Assembly (NCBI GenBank): GCA_030295235.1
Contig: AP026130.1
Span: 620,001-684,000 of the forward strand
Source: Fistulifera solaris
Taxonomy: Eukaryota
Direction: 5' to 3'
Length of the DNA: 64,000 nucleotides
Shown: positions 24,047 through 35,028 of the stretch, in pieces
How the letters are laid out: each line of letters begins with the position of its first letter
Numbering within the stretch: position 1 is the stretch's first letter
Notes under the pieces: model-generated
What the model was told of the DNA's origin: nothing
What the model saw: only the letters and a program-made list of their open reading frames with translations
Database searches by the model: none
Translations under genes and position numbers: made by a program

Positions 24047-24846
24047 CTATTCGTCTGTCGATACTGGGTTGATTTGCAGGCTCCCCCTTCTTATAAATAT
24101 ATCTCGTACACCTTCCAATCGTGGCCCAGTATGTCGTACAATGCGCAGGTCCCCGTCTAAATACGTTGTATCAATGGCATGGTCGGCGGGGTCGAACATT
24201 TCTTTCGGCATCGCGCGGTGTAACAATCCCACCAGGGCGGGTACGTCTTTGGGAATCTTGGTTCCTTTCGCTGGCTTTAAAATGTGCTCGTCGAGGCTCA
24301 GTATCATCCTAGCTCCTTGATTTATTTTGTAGCTACAATCCACCGTAAATGTCCCCGAGCATTCAAAATTTCCATCCCCCTGTTCGGCCAAATCCCAAGT
24401 AGCCTCATTGATCAATTTCCCTTCCAACTTATGGCGCTCGATTCGCTGAAAAAGCTCCCTCAGTCGAAATTTCGCAGGATTCGGTGTACCGGAAAGGTTC
24501 GTGCTGAAAAGGAGTTGCCATTCTCCCTGCAAAATAAGATTCAAAAGTCCAAGGTCTGCGCCGGTTGATAATTCGCTTCCAAATTGTTGACCAGCGCTTC
24601 GACGGTACGGAATTCTTCTTCTTTTCCAGTCATGCGGGGAAGTAAGTCGAGTAATTTTTCTTTGGATTGTGCGACGGATAATGTCGACCAGTCGACCGCA
24701 TTCTTTTTCTCTACCGTCACTCCGAAACCTTGGGTGGCGGCACGTTGTTGTGACAGGTTGCTGCGGGAGGATCGGCCCTGCTGTACAAAAGCACTTGACG
24801 CATTGCTCCATAGAAGAGCACAAGCAGTGAAATAAATGATTTTCAT
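24047..24846 (-). CDS. PAP/fibrillin-family plastid protein; frameshift at ~24543-24546
   Basis: Presequence ends SSA-F. KEKLLDLL, VEALVNNLEA, LQGEWQLLFST and TTYLDGDLRIVR. One added T joins TLDFLNLILQG. Confidence 0.85.
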
Positions 24847-25979
24847 TTTTGTTGTGTTATTATATATATCTTGCTTGTCCATCGATGTTTTGCAAAGAAC
24901 ACGTCGTTGCGCTTTTTCTGTCGTTGTTCGGAAGGTAAAAAGTAAGTTTGATGGTTGCTCATTTCGTACTCTCTGTTGTAGAGTCGTTTCCGTTTGTACG
25001 CTATGACGCGATATCAACACGTAAGCGAAGCCGATCGGTCGACTGTCTGACCAGGGAAGACTTACCACTTACCAACGATGATAAGGGGTTCGGCAAGGAG
25101 TAAAGATAGCTCTCTAGCTGAGAGCTGTAGAACGTCGCCTGTCTTTTGCTATTGGGACATTGAGATGCAATTGACAAAAATGCGGATCATGAAAGTTACT
25201 TCGAAAAGTTGATGGAATTTTGGTATGGCCTTTTTCTGGATCTCTCCACTTAAATCAAATCATATCCTCAGTCTTCCGCGGGACTCATTTTCTTTCTTGC
25301 GTGCGCAAGTACAAGGTAGGAGGAGTCAAGGGATCGCACGATTCATAGTTTGTTCCCATGGTCAAAAGTCGAATTCTGTTCCGACGCGGAGTTGTACAGT
25401 ACGGGAGCGTCGGAGTGCACGTTTTCGAAGGACAAATTCGTTAGGGATTCAATAGATTAGGGACTCAGTAAAAGTGCGTAAAAACAAGTGTAGTTTAAAG
25501 TTCAAAGTGACAACTTTCTTACTTATTCTCAATGGCAACGATTGGCCGTTGTGAGCTCAACGGATTACAGTTGTTTATCAACGACATTTTTCAAACAAAA
25601 ATAATAATAATCATCGACGTGACGAATGACGTGGACGTGCTTTTCATTACTCCGGTATTATTACGGAGTGTTATTTTTGACGACTACTAAGGGATCTTTT
25701 CTGACCTAGCTACAATTTGTAGTTATAGTAAAAGGTTACTTACTCGTATATTGAGTACACTTTGTGCTATTGTGTTGTAATACACAGCCCCGCGCCGCTC
25801 GCAATTGACGACATCACGGATCATGTTTTTTGGCAACGAGAGCACCGATTCCTTTCCATTCCTTTGACTGCAAGGGGAGATCAAGATTTCGAACGATAGT
25901 GACACACAAAATGCAGCTCTCCGTCACAAACATGTGGAACATTCAACGCAATCTATCCGAGTCATCTCTCATTGAGAAG

Positions 25980-27089
25980 ATGGTATTCATAAGACACCGC
26001 AGTCGAAAGCATTCTTCTTGTTCAATTTCTTCGTCCGGATCGAGTGCTCCAGGGATCGAGCACAGTGATTCAGAATCGGAGGATGGGTCTCTTCGAGACC
26101 AATTGCTCACGCCGACCGATCACTCTAGACCGTCCTGCAAACCATACGTTGGGTTTCTGTCACAGTTAATGATAGCAACTCTTGTCATTGGTGGAAATGC
26201 GTTGCTTCTTTTCGGAACGCTGTTTCGCCCTCAGATCATCGGTCTCTATGTTGTCCTGCCGTATTACATTTGCATTACTCTGATCAGCTCCCCGCAGAGG
26301 GACTTGGGATGGGCATGGAAGCGGTTTTCGCAAAACTTTTTTGTGCTCGTAGTTCTTCGGAAATTCCTGGGAATACGGCTGATGATCAACGAGTCCCTCG
26401 CGGAAGCGCAAGCCAAAGACAAGGCGCAATTCGTGTTTGCCGTGTTTCCGCATGGCGCCAACGCCGACTACAGTAGTGTCATCAATGGAATGCTGTATGA
26501 TTCGCTTCCCAACATTGCCGCCCGAACAAGGACGCTTGTGGCAACTATACTATTTCGTATCCCCATGGTGCGCGAGATCTCACTCTGGATGGGATGTGTC
26601 GATGCCCGTCGGGATGTAGCCGATCGGCTATTAGAAAAGAACTACTCCCTGGTGATTTTACCGGGAGGGCAAGTAGAGCAAATCCGGACTACTCATGGTC
26701 GCGAGAGAATCTTTTTGAAGCGTCGCAAAGGCTTCATAAGGCTAGCCTTGAAGCATGGAGTCCCGGTGGTTCCTGTGTATGCCTTCGGCGTGTCGGACTA
26801 CTATCATACCTCTCATTTTGCCATGGGTTTCCGTCTTTGGTTACTCAAAAAGCTGGGAATGTCGATTCCCATTGCTCGGGGCCTTTACGGAACGTTAATC
26901 AGCCCACTCCCTGTCCCTACCACCGTTGTTTTTGGTGAACCCATTTACTTCAGCATCATGAAACCGGGTTCTCCGACACCCGAAGAAATTGAAATGGCGC
27001 ATGCTGTCTATTGTGAAGGTCTAGTGGATCTGTTTGAGACGCACAAAACTGCTTTAGGCTACGGTGATCGGGTTTTGGAGATTGAGTGA
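25980..27089 (+). CDS. DGAT2/MOGAT-family acyltransferase, tandem copy 1
   Basis: FPHG, LFRIPMVRE, PGGQVEQ, RRKGFIRLAL, VPVYAFG, VFGEPI and N-terminal TMs. An alternative upstream in-frame ATG lies at 25911. Confidence 0.9.
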   Translation: MVFIRHRSRKHSSCSISSSGSSAPGIEHSDSESEDGSLRDQLLTPTDHSRPSCKPYVGFLSQLMIATLVIGGNALLLFGTLFRPQIIGLYVVLPYYICITLISSPQRDLGWAWKRFSQNFFVLVVLRKFLGIRLMINESLAEAQAKDKAQFVFAVFPHGANADYSSVINGMLYDSLPNIAARTRTLVATILFRIPMVREISLWMGCVDARRDVADRLLEKNYSLVILPGGQVEQIRTTHGRERIFLKRRKGFIRLALKHGVPVVPVYAFGVSDYYHTSHFAMGFRLWLLKKLGMSIPIARGLYGTLISPLPVPTTVVFGEPIYFSIMKPGSPTPEEIEMAHAVYCEGLVDLFETHKTALGYGDRVLEIE

Positions 27090-27555
27090 GACGATAGAAA
27101 CGTTTTTGCACACACAAAAGACCTTCCTCTTCCACTTCGACAACGTTGACGTTATCATTCGCTTTGAGCTCTCTCGTCAGTTACGATTGTACGAGCACCG
27201 AACGATGGGTCGGAAATCCGACATTCATCACGATAGAATGCCCAATTCGCATTTTGAGCCTGTCCACGTTAACCGTGACAACAAACCCACAACGTGTCGG
27301 TGGAACTCGCTATAAAATACAATACACTTCATTTCTTCTATAAATTTATGGCTAATCCTTCTTAAGATTGCTAGTTGCTTAATTCTTAGACACTGTTGTG
27401 TTGCGGCGACCTTAGCTCAACAAAATCCTAGCGGTACTCGTCATGCTAACCGAGGCTGATACTGTACAAATTATACGGAGTATTACATTCATTTCATTTT
27501 TGAACTTTTCATCGTATTCGGCGCTTCGAAAAGACATTTCTTGTCATCTGATACA

Positions 27556-28560
27556 ATGCAACAATCACCACCAAGGCAGATTACCCCAGCGAGGTCCGAC
27601 GAAGGCTGCAGCGAGCTTTATGGCTTTCTGGCAGTGAGTCTTATCGCTGTGCCTGTCATTGGTTTCAATCTCTTGCTCCTGCTGGCCTTTTACTTGTATC
27701 CCAAGTACGTGGGTCTCTTTATCATTCTCCCGTACTACTCATATATCTTGGTTCTGAGCCGGCCGGAACGAAAATATTCGGCGCGATGGGAATGGTTTTC
27801 ACGGTACTTTCCGCTGTTACAAATCTTTCGACGATACCTTCGCATGAATGTGATTGTTAATTACAAATTGAAGGATGCGCAAAGTAAAGAACACGCTCAA
27901 TTCTTATTCGCTGTGTTTCCTCATGGGTGCAATTCGGACTATCGCATAGCTCTGGACGGTAGGCTGTTTGATGCTCTACCGAATGTAGCTAGGAACGTTA
28001 CGTCATTGGCGGCCACTGTGCTCTTTCGAATACCGCTGGTCCGCGAGCTAGCACTTTGGACCAATTGTGTCGACGCCAGTCGAAGTGTAGCGGATAATCT
28101 TCTGCACAAGGGGAAATCGATCCTTGTTTTGCCGGGCGGACAAGCCGAGCAGATCCGTACTGTCTATGGACGAGAGATTGTATATTTGAAGAAACGAAAA
28201 GGATTTATTAAACTCGCCATGACGCATGGGGTTCCTGTCGTACCGGGGTATGTTTTCGGGGCATCGGATTACTTTTATACATCGTCTTTCGCTCTTCACT
28301 TTCGTTTGTGGTTGGTCAAAACCTTTGGAATTTCCATTCCACTGGCGTTTGGTCAGTATTTTACGCCTCTGTGCCCAAGAGCGGTAGCTACTACCATCGT
28401 ATTTGGCGATCCTATTCGCTTTGAAGCAAAGATCGATCGACAGCCAAGTGTTGAAGAGGTTGACCAAGCTCACGCACAATTCTGTACGGCGTTGACTTGC
28501 CTTTTCGATCATCACAAAAAAGAATTTGGTTACGGTGACCGCGTGTTGGAAATCTGCTAG
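27556..28560 (+). CDS. DGAT2/MOGAT-family acyltransferase, tandem copy 2
   Basis: Same motif set (FPHG, PGGQAEQ, KRKGFIKLAM, VFGDPI) and the same C-terminus GYGDRVLEI as copy 1. Confidence 0.9.
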   Translation: MQQSPPRQITPARSDEGCSELYGFLAVSLIAVPVIGFNLLLLLAFYLYPKYVGLFIILPYYSYILVLSRPERKYSARWEWFSRYFPLLQIFRRYLRMNVIVNYKLKDAQSKEHAQFLFAVFPHGCNSDYRIALDGRLFDALPNVARNVTSLAATVLFRIPLVRELALWTNCVDASRSVADNLLHKGKSILVLPGGQAEQIRTVYGREIVYLKKRKGFIKLAMTHGVPVVPGYVFGASDYFYTSSFALHFRLWLVKTFGISIPLAFGQYFTPLCPRAVATTIVFGDPIRFEAKIDRQPSVEEVDQAHAQFCTALTCLFDHHKKEFGYGDRVLEIC

Positions 28561-29073
28561 CCAATTTAACATGCATCATTGAGGAATTGATATGCGAACC
28601 GATGCGTGTGCGCTGCTACGACCAGTGATTATGTTAGACGAATATTGTTAGCAAAGCAGACATCACACGAAATATCATTTGAGTTCATCGCGCTCATGCT
28701 CTATCTCTATACTGGTACCGGTACGTAGCATTTCCGCACAACTATGCGAACTGATGATTCATTCGGGTCAGGAGTGCTGTAAATTATTTCAAGAAAAACA
28801 GTTATCCTCGTCAGAAGGCAACTTTGCGACTTCAGTCGTGTACGCTGAGCTCCATTATGAGGAGCAACATTTCGACTGCACTTGTTTTTATCTTCCCGGG
28901 CGTTTGGTTTCATGCGTTATCCTAGCGTCTAGGGGGTATAGAGTGGAGCAGTATCTTTCTCGGGACTCCATAATATTCAGTCATTAGTCGCCATACACCT
29001 CCTTTGTACACCTTGTATTACTCCGTATTATTATTTCAGTTTTTGTTGATTTTACCAGGTAATATTGTGACGA

Positions 29074-30281
29074 ATGAAGCGGAACGAGCCTGTGATACTG
29101 ATTGCTCTTTCGATCTTTGGGTACGTTCGGCCAACTGACTCCTTCGTTATACAAGTCCAGAAGCCGATTCCCTTTGAATTTTCAAAGATTGATAGAAAGA
29201 TGGGAGTCGATACTGACCCATTTGACGTCTTTGACGAAAGTGACGGCGAGAGAGAGGAAACGGCAAGAGAAGCGCCAGTTCTTCGCGATCCGGAAAATGG
29301 AGTGCTGATGTTTCACGGGGGCACAGAAAGGGCTCTGCTGGTTTTTGTAAAGAATAATTTGTCAAGAGAACAGCTGGCTTTGCCTCCTTCCGATAAACTA
29401 GTTCTGCTGATTGATCTGATTGATCGGTTTTGTTACGAGAGACATTGGGTAAGATTGCCGCTTGCTTCGAAACTACGTTGACTAGTCTGTCATTGTGTCC
29501 TTAACTCTTTCGACGAACTTCAACAAGATGATGAACATTGGACCCGAAAAGGAAAAACGCTTGAACAGTTTCTCGGGGAATGTTTAGAAGCAAATCGAGC
29601 AAAGACACGCGATCCATTTACATTTGTCGAGCTTGGAACGTATTGTGGTTATTCGTGTCTACGTTTCTTGCATCGGATTCTACAAGTTCGGGAAGTGGGT
29701 CAGTTTCATATCTTTACGGTCGATATAGAAATTGAAAGGATCCAGATTGCGAAGGAATTCGTAGCAATGGCTGGATTGCAAGACTGCGTAACGTTCCTCC
29801 AAGTATCGGGTGCTCATCTGCCAGGCGACACTCAGGCACTTTCCGGTCTGATTTTAAATGCCATGCAAAAGCGGCTTCGGTCGCGAACGGAATCCGTACC
29901 GCGAATTGATTTTCTATTCATTGACCACGAGAAGGCTGCATATCTGTCAGATTTCCAACAACTACAGTCGAATCATTTCATTCAAGAGGGAACCTATGTC
30001 GCAGCGGATAATGTTCTATTTCATGGGATCGATGACTACAGGTCCTACATAGCATATTTGGTCAAGGAAGGCGTTGTGACTTCACGGCTGGTGGAAGGTT
30101 CGCTCGAGTACGTGAATGAACTTACCCTTCAACAGGAGCGTCATTTGTTAAAAGTCCGCGATGGTATAGGTAAGCATGCGGAAGTCTACTTCGGTACATG
30201 ATATGTTACAATGTTATTCCTTTTACACTCACAGCATTGATAGAGTTGACAGTTTTCCAAAAGACTCCAAGCCTAGACTGA
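29074..30281 (+). CDS. Catechol-O-methyltransferase-like SAM-dependent methyltransferase; introns ~29448-29527 and ~30170-30234/30243; frameshift at ~29547-29552
   Basis: IDRFCYERHW|MMNIGPEKG, VELGTYCGYS, IDFLFIDHEKAAYLSD and AADNV. Signal peptide ends TDS-F. Confidence 0.85.
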
Positions 30282-30631
30282 TAAATAATCAAGGCTACTT
30301 GCTGTTCGGTCCTACTAACTACCAAAATGCGTTTTCTAATCTAGGTATGTTTTTGCCATCTAATAAAATGCTTTTGCTATTTGATCTTAGACTAGTTTTC
30401 AATGGAGAACTCGAGAAAATATGATCGTAGCTAAAATACAGTCGACGAGAAGTCAAAGACACTCTTTGCATGATTACCGGTAGTCCCAAGTCTTGAAACA
30501 GGGCGTGATGCTTCCATCAATTTGCATCCCGGCAATACAAAGTTTAGCTTTGTGTTTCGCCGAAAGGTTTAGCTTGATGAAAAACTATGTTTTCGCATTA
30601 ACTGAATCTCCTTCTGGGGATCCATTATGGA

Positions 30632-31513
30632 TTAAGCATCCGACTGACTCTCTAGATATGAAGCAATCGTTTTCAAAGAATCAGCGCTGCTGACTTCCGT
30701 AAAACATGTTACATCACTCTTTGCTCGTTTACGGTGGTCCGGTCTCAAAACCCAAACATCCAGACATGTCTTGCTCTTATTTTGTCCCTGTAGCATGTAT
30801 CCTACTAACTTCTGGATGATCTCCGGAAGATTTCGCTTTCTTATTTTCTCATACCTGTCAATCAAATTCGACAGGAGACGATCTTGATCTCTCCCCGCGC
30901 AGCAGAAGTAACAGTCTTCTAAACCACCACCAGGGTCCGTTCGAAACAAACGCGACGGGCCTACGGTCTCACCGTGCAATGGGTCTCTTCCCAAAACAAT
31001 GGCCGTGCATCCCAATGGCCTAGCTCCCCCAAATCGCGTTAATGTGTGCTGAATGGCCGCCGATTGCTGAGCCGCATCCTCCACGGTCATGGGCTCACCA
31101 TACGATAACTTGTGCTGTCGAGCCGAGGATCGTAAATGCGCGGCCAGAGTCCTGGCGTCCCCGGATAAACCCGCAGTGAAGAGCCATAAGTGATCATCGA
31201 TGCGGTGGACTTTGGCGGAACGAGTGGGTCTCTCCTTGGGCTGAGCGACTAACACAACAATGCTTCCGTCATCCGCCAAAAAAGCCATAATATTCTCCCC
31301 ACGCTTGGTTGCCTCAATGCTGTATTCTACTTGAAGTAAACGACCGGAAGGATCAAAGGTAGTAATCGATCTATCGTAGCGTTGTTGACTGTTTGTATTT
31401 CTGGATACTTCGATTCGCCGGCGCGAGTGGGCGGCTTGAACATTCTGTACTATCAAAATGAAGAAGATACAAAAATGCTTCCAGCAAGTTAATCTTTCAA
31501 GTGATCTTTTCAT
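30632..31513 (-). CDS. Divergent proteasome alpha subunit with signal peptide (candidate periplastidial, symbiont-derived subunit)
   Basis: YDRSITTFDPSGRLLQVEY, GLSGDARTL, GGARPLG and TDPGG, preceded by a hydrophobic signal (FCIFFILIVQNVQA) and an Arg-rich transit-like stretch. Confidence 0.85.
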   Translation of the reverse strand: MKRSLERLTCWKHFCIFFILIVQNVQAAHSRRRIEVSRNTNSQQRYDRSITTFDPSGRLLQVEYSIEATKRGENIMAFLADDGSIVVLVAQPKERPTRSAKVHRIDDHLWLFTAGLSGDARTLAAHLRSSARQHKLSYGEPMTVEDAAQQSAAIQHTLTRFGGARPLGCTAIVLGRDPLHGETVGPSRLFRTDPGGGLEDCYFCCAGRDQDRLLSNLIDRYEKIRKRNLPEIIQKLVGYMLQGQNKSKTCLDVWVLRPDHRKRAKSDVTCFTEVSSADSLKTIASYLESQSDA

Positions 31514-31759
31514 TCTATTACGCTACTCTATGACTTGTTTATGAAGGATTTATGAAGGATGCAGAATGCAGCAGTTTCATAGTTGTCGCAAAAGGTCATG
31601 GTTGCCACAAAGGTCGGGATAGAAAATGTATTTAGGGTTAACATTACAGTATGTACCGCCGTCACGCGTCACGCGCATGGCGATGCATGGCGAACAATCG
31701 CTCTGTCTGTCGACCGGACATGCGAAAGTCGAGTATACGCTATACGCTACGCAAAGCTA

Positions 31760-31850
31760 TACCTTGAAAGGACGTTAAAATTCTGCCTCTCAGTACAAAA
31801 TTCTACGTAGAGCCCACGGCGAGGCAGAATTTTAACGTCGTTTCCAGGTA
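31760..31850. mobile_element. MITE-like element: ~28-bp terminal inverted repeats flanked by TA
   Basis: 31760-31789 TACCTTGAAAGGACGTTAAAATTCTGCCTC matches the reverse complement of 31821-31850 (TACCTGGAAACGACGTTAAAATTCTGCCTC) at 28 of 30 positions, with a 31-bp spacer. Confidence 0.6.
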
Positions 31851-32097
31851 AGGCACAGTCGCAGTCGCAGAGTGACGTTTTTCTTTCGGCCATTTTTTGC
31901 CGTTCGACGGCGAGAAAGCAGCGTCATCGCGCCCATTCAAACGACTGCTGGTTGTTGTGAATGAATCGACAATCGACTGTCTCCTTCAACTTGGAATTTA
32001 TGCCAAGTAGGTTTCCGAAGTAATTGAGGCGATAGAGCACAAGACAATAACACACATCCGCCAAGCTGTAATCGTTAAATAGGGGCTGTCGACTACC

Positions 32098-32766
32098 ATG
32101 AAACAGTGTTTTCTGCTGCAGGTTTTCGCTATCGGAATTCTCCAGTTTACCCCTGCCTGTATAGGCTTCCTGATCCCAACAATACAAGGTTTTTCAGTTC
32201 GAAGAAAGTATGATTTGTTCGCAGCCGAACACGATGTTATCGATCCATTAATTAAAAACCAGTCGCTGTACGAAAAATTAGAAAGTGTCGAAATAACACC
32301 CTCGCCCGATCTTCCCGAGTCCCCTCCGCTCTCCTACGACAAATTCCTCACGATGCAAGACAAGAGGGTCGTAGTCACAATTCGATACTCACAAGGTGCC
32401 GGCTTACGACCCTATTTTCTCACTGTGGCCAAGAAAATCAAATCGTCGCACCCGGATGTTGTTCTAGAGCGTCTCATATTACCCGGTGTTTTGGATGCCG
32501 ATGAGGAGGCCACCTTCGAAGTGCTGGTAGATGGTCGTGTCGTCGTCGGAAAGGGAAGATCTTCCAAACAAAAGGTCGGTCTGGTAGATATGACCCACGC
32601 CCGTAGCGTTTTTGTTTCCATGAAAGAGCTCGATGTGGCAATCGCACGATCTCGACGCAAACGACGACCATCGACAGCCTACGGGGGTGAGAAGTCTCCC
32701 AGTGGAGTTGCTCGTAAAGAAATGTTACGGCGGCTCAAAGAAGGGATGCAAGGCAAAGGTGAATAG
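32098..32766 (+). CDS. Rdx (SelW/SelT/SelH-like) thioredoxin-fold protein lacking the redox motif, with plastid-type presequence
   Basis: VTIRYSQGAGLRPYF...HPDV...ATFEVLVDGRVV matches the Rdx layout (IxYCxxC/U...GxFEVxVDG). Signal peptide ends CIG-F. Confidence 0.65.
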   Translation: MKQCFLLQVFAIGILQFTPACIGFLIPTIQGFSVRRKYDLFAAEHDVIDPLIKNQSLYEKLESVEITPSPDLPESPPLSYDKFLTMQDKRVVVTIRYSQGAGLRPYFLTVAKKIKSSHPDVVLERLILPGVLDADEEATFEVLVDGRVVVGKGRSSKQKVGLVDMTHARSVFVSMKELDVAIARSRRKRRPSTAYGGEKSPSGVARKEMLRRLKEGMQGKGE

Positions 32767-33572
32767 CAGAAAAAGATGTTCGTACGGAATGGCTTGTCGA
32801 TCTTTTTGAAGGTAGCTTTATTAGGTGTCAACAGCAGCCTAAATGTGTCACTAGGAACTCAGGTTATATGATGCTTTAATGCGGTTGGTTGTTGAAAAAC
32901 AATATCGAGTGATTTCCTTGAAGGGTACAACCGAAACTATGTAGAAGTCGTGATCAATATCTGGACGACTCTTTAGCATAGATGTTCACTGTTGACTCCT
33001 TTTCGCTCGTGCTTTGTCTTTATCACATCGTTAGATAATAGCGATAAAACTATCCGCATAAGGATCACGCACCCTCTAGCTAGGTCGTATTTTTGGCGTC
33101 GCCTGTCGCCTGACGATGGAGTATTAAGGTTCAAGGTTTTGAAACATGGTTTCCGAAAGTCCGAAAGGAGAAAGGAGTTATGGTGAACCTACACGGAAAC
33201 AGTTAAATAATATCAGAAAGCAAGAGATCGTTTCCAAAATTCTAGTGTATCTGTTTACTCAAAATGGTATACTGCTGAATTATATAGGTCGGCCGTTATT
33301 TTCGTGTATGATTAGCCGATAGTGCAAACCACAGATGCTGCCTGCTGTTTGGATTTTCAAGTAGTAATTTTTTTGGTTTCTGTTCAAAAAATTGCAACCG
33401 CTTCCGTTTTACCATTGGCCATCGCCAGGACGCTTGTTTTGCGCTTGTTGCCTCAACAAACAAACATATGCTTTTATAATTTCATTGAATACATAGCATT
33501 CATTTCATTCATAGAAAAGTTGCAGCACAACTGGTGCGTACAGATAGCGGAAACGAGCTCTTCGCATCAGAA

Positions 33573-34880
33573 ATGTCGAAAGAACGCTTTTTTCAATGGA
33601 GGGAGCCGGAAGACGTACGCTCTCAAGACTCGGAGCGGAGTGACCACTTGGATCGAGGATATTCTAGCAATGCTGCGCAGCTCATGAACCCAGAAACCAA
33701 TTACTCTGCATCCATGTCATCTGCTATGTCATGTGTCTCGGAAACTCAGCGAAGCGATCTAGCAACGGTCTGTTCCAACAGCATTGCCGAAGACATTGAA
33801 GTGGAGAGTGTACTTTCGCAGGAAGATCAACATACGGCTCTGGTTGCTCAGCACTCTCCAGTGGGTTCTCGACGGGTCACACGAGCGCGGCTGGTAGAAT
33901 TCACCGCCACTGCCGCAATTATGAGTCACCAACTTTTACCGAATGCAGCCTTGGCGTCGGCGGAAGGAACCTCGTCTTTTCACAACATGGGGCCTCCGCT
34001 GAGTCGCTCGCTATTACAACAAAAAGTAGAAGCCTCGCATATGCGGATCAGCTCGACGAGTTCCGTGAAATCCACGAGTTCCGTCAAGTCATTCGGATCA
34101 CATACCGGTAGCGAAGTCATGTCGAAATTGCGTTTGGATGATTGCAATGGATCGATAGAAGACGAAATGATTAGTTCCAAAGCAGCCCTGACCAGCTCGA
34201 GACCCAGTTCTGTGAAATCCTTTGGCTCGGCGGGAACGGATGATTGCAGTGGTTCCCTTGATGTTGAAACGCATTCCATTGAAACGAAATCCGTGCACAG
34301 TCAGGAAGATACGTTCAACGCTGATCCGGACGCTAGTAAAGAAAGTGAACCAGACGAGTCCAAAATGAGTGGTGTCGTTGCGGAAGATGTATCAACAAAT
34401 GAAGGTCGAATGAGTCCTGGAGGCACCTTGTACAAGGGTAAAGGTTCATTTCGATATAAAGGACGTTTCATGCATCTTCCTTTGATGAGATTTCATCATG
34501 GAGGTGTCCATTTGGATATGGATCAAGAGGATGGGAACGCTCGGCAGATAACGTGGATGAGTGATAATGAGCCCGGCAGGCGTAATGCAAGAAGCAGTCC
34601 ATTCTGTGAAGAATCGCATGCCATGCACGATCCAAGACGTGATGCGGAACTCGTGGCCCGTTATCATGGGATCCACGATCGAGTGAGAAACAATCTAAAC
34701 GCACGCGGAGGTGCCTACATGACCCGGGCCCGCAGTCGAAGTCGTAGCCGAAGCCGAAGTCCAAGCCCAACAAAAAATGAGCAAAGACCTTTCGAATCGG
34801 ACCGGGCAACTCTGCAACCAATTTTGTCAGGACCCTCCGATTCTCGCAGAGACGGAATTTCTCGTACGAAATTAAATTAA
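33573..34880 (+). CDS. Uncharacterised Ser-rich protein with internal repeats and an RS dipeptide tract
   Basis: Open frame longer than 430 codons with repeated SSVKSFGS and DDC(N/S)GS, and RSRSRSRSRSPSP. The 5' end is uncertain. Confidence 0.7.
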   Translation: MSKERFFQWREPEDVRSQDSERSDHLDRGYSSNAAQLMNPETNYSASMSSAMSCVSETQRSDLATVCSNSIAEDIEVESVLSQEDQHTALVAQHSPVGSRRVTRARLVEFTATAAIMSHQLLPNAALASAEGTSSFHNMGPPLSRSLLQQKVEASHMRISSTSSVKSTSSVKSFGSHTGSEVMSKLRLDDCNGSIEDEMISSKAALTSSRPSSVKSFGSAGTDDCSGSLDVETHSIETKSVHSQEDTFNADPDASKESEPDESKMSGVVAEDVSTNEGRMSPGGTLYKGKGSFRYKGRFMHLPLMRFHHGGVHLDMDQEDGNARQITWMSDNEPGRRNARSSPFCEESHAMHDPRRDAELVARYHGIHDRVRNNLNARGGAYMTRARSRSRSRSRSPSPTKNEQRPFESDRATLQPILSGPSDSRRDGISRTKLN

Positions 34881-35028
34881 GTGTTAAGAGAGTAAAAAAT
34901 TTATGCATTCACATCATGTGTGCTTCTGCAAAAGGCAGGACGTTCGCTTGTGACGCGAATGTTTGTGATAGCAGCTCATAATATTGTTTGATGTTGAGTT
35001 TACTTTTTAAGCTATCTTTATAATGAAC

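Noticed and set aside
25441..25463. Two TTAGGG hexamers
   Set aside because: Not tandem and too short to call an interstitial telomere.
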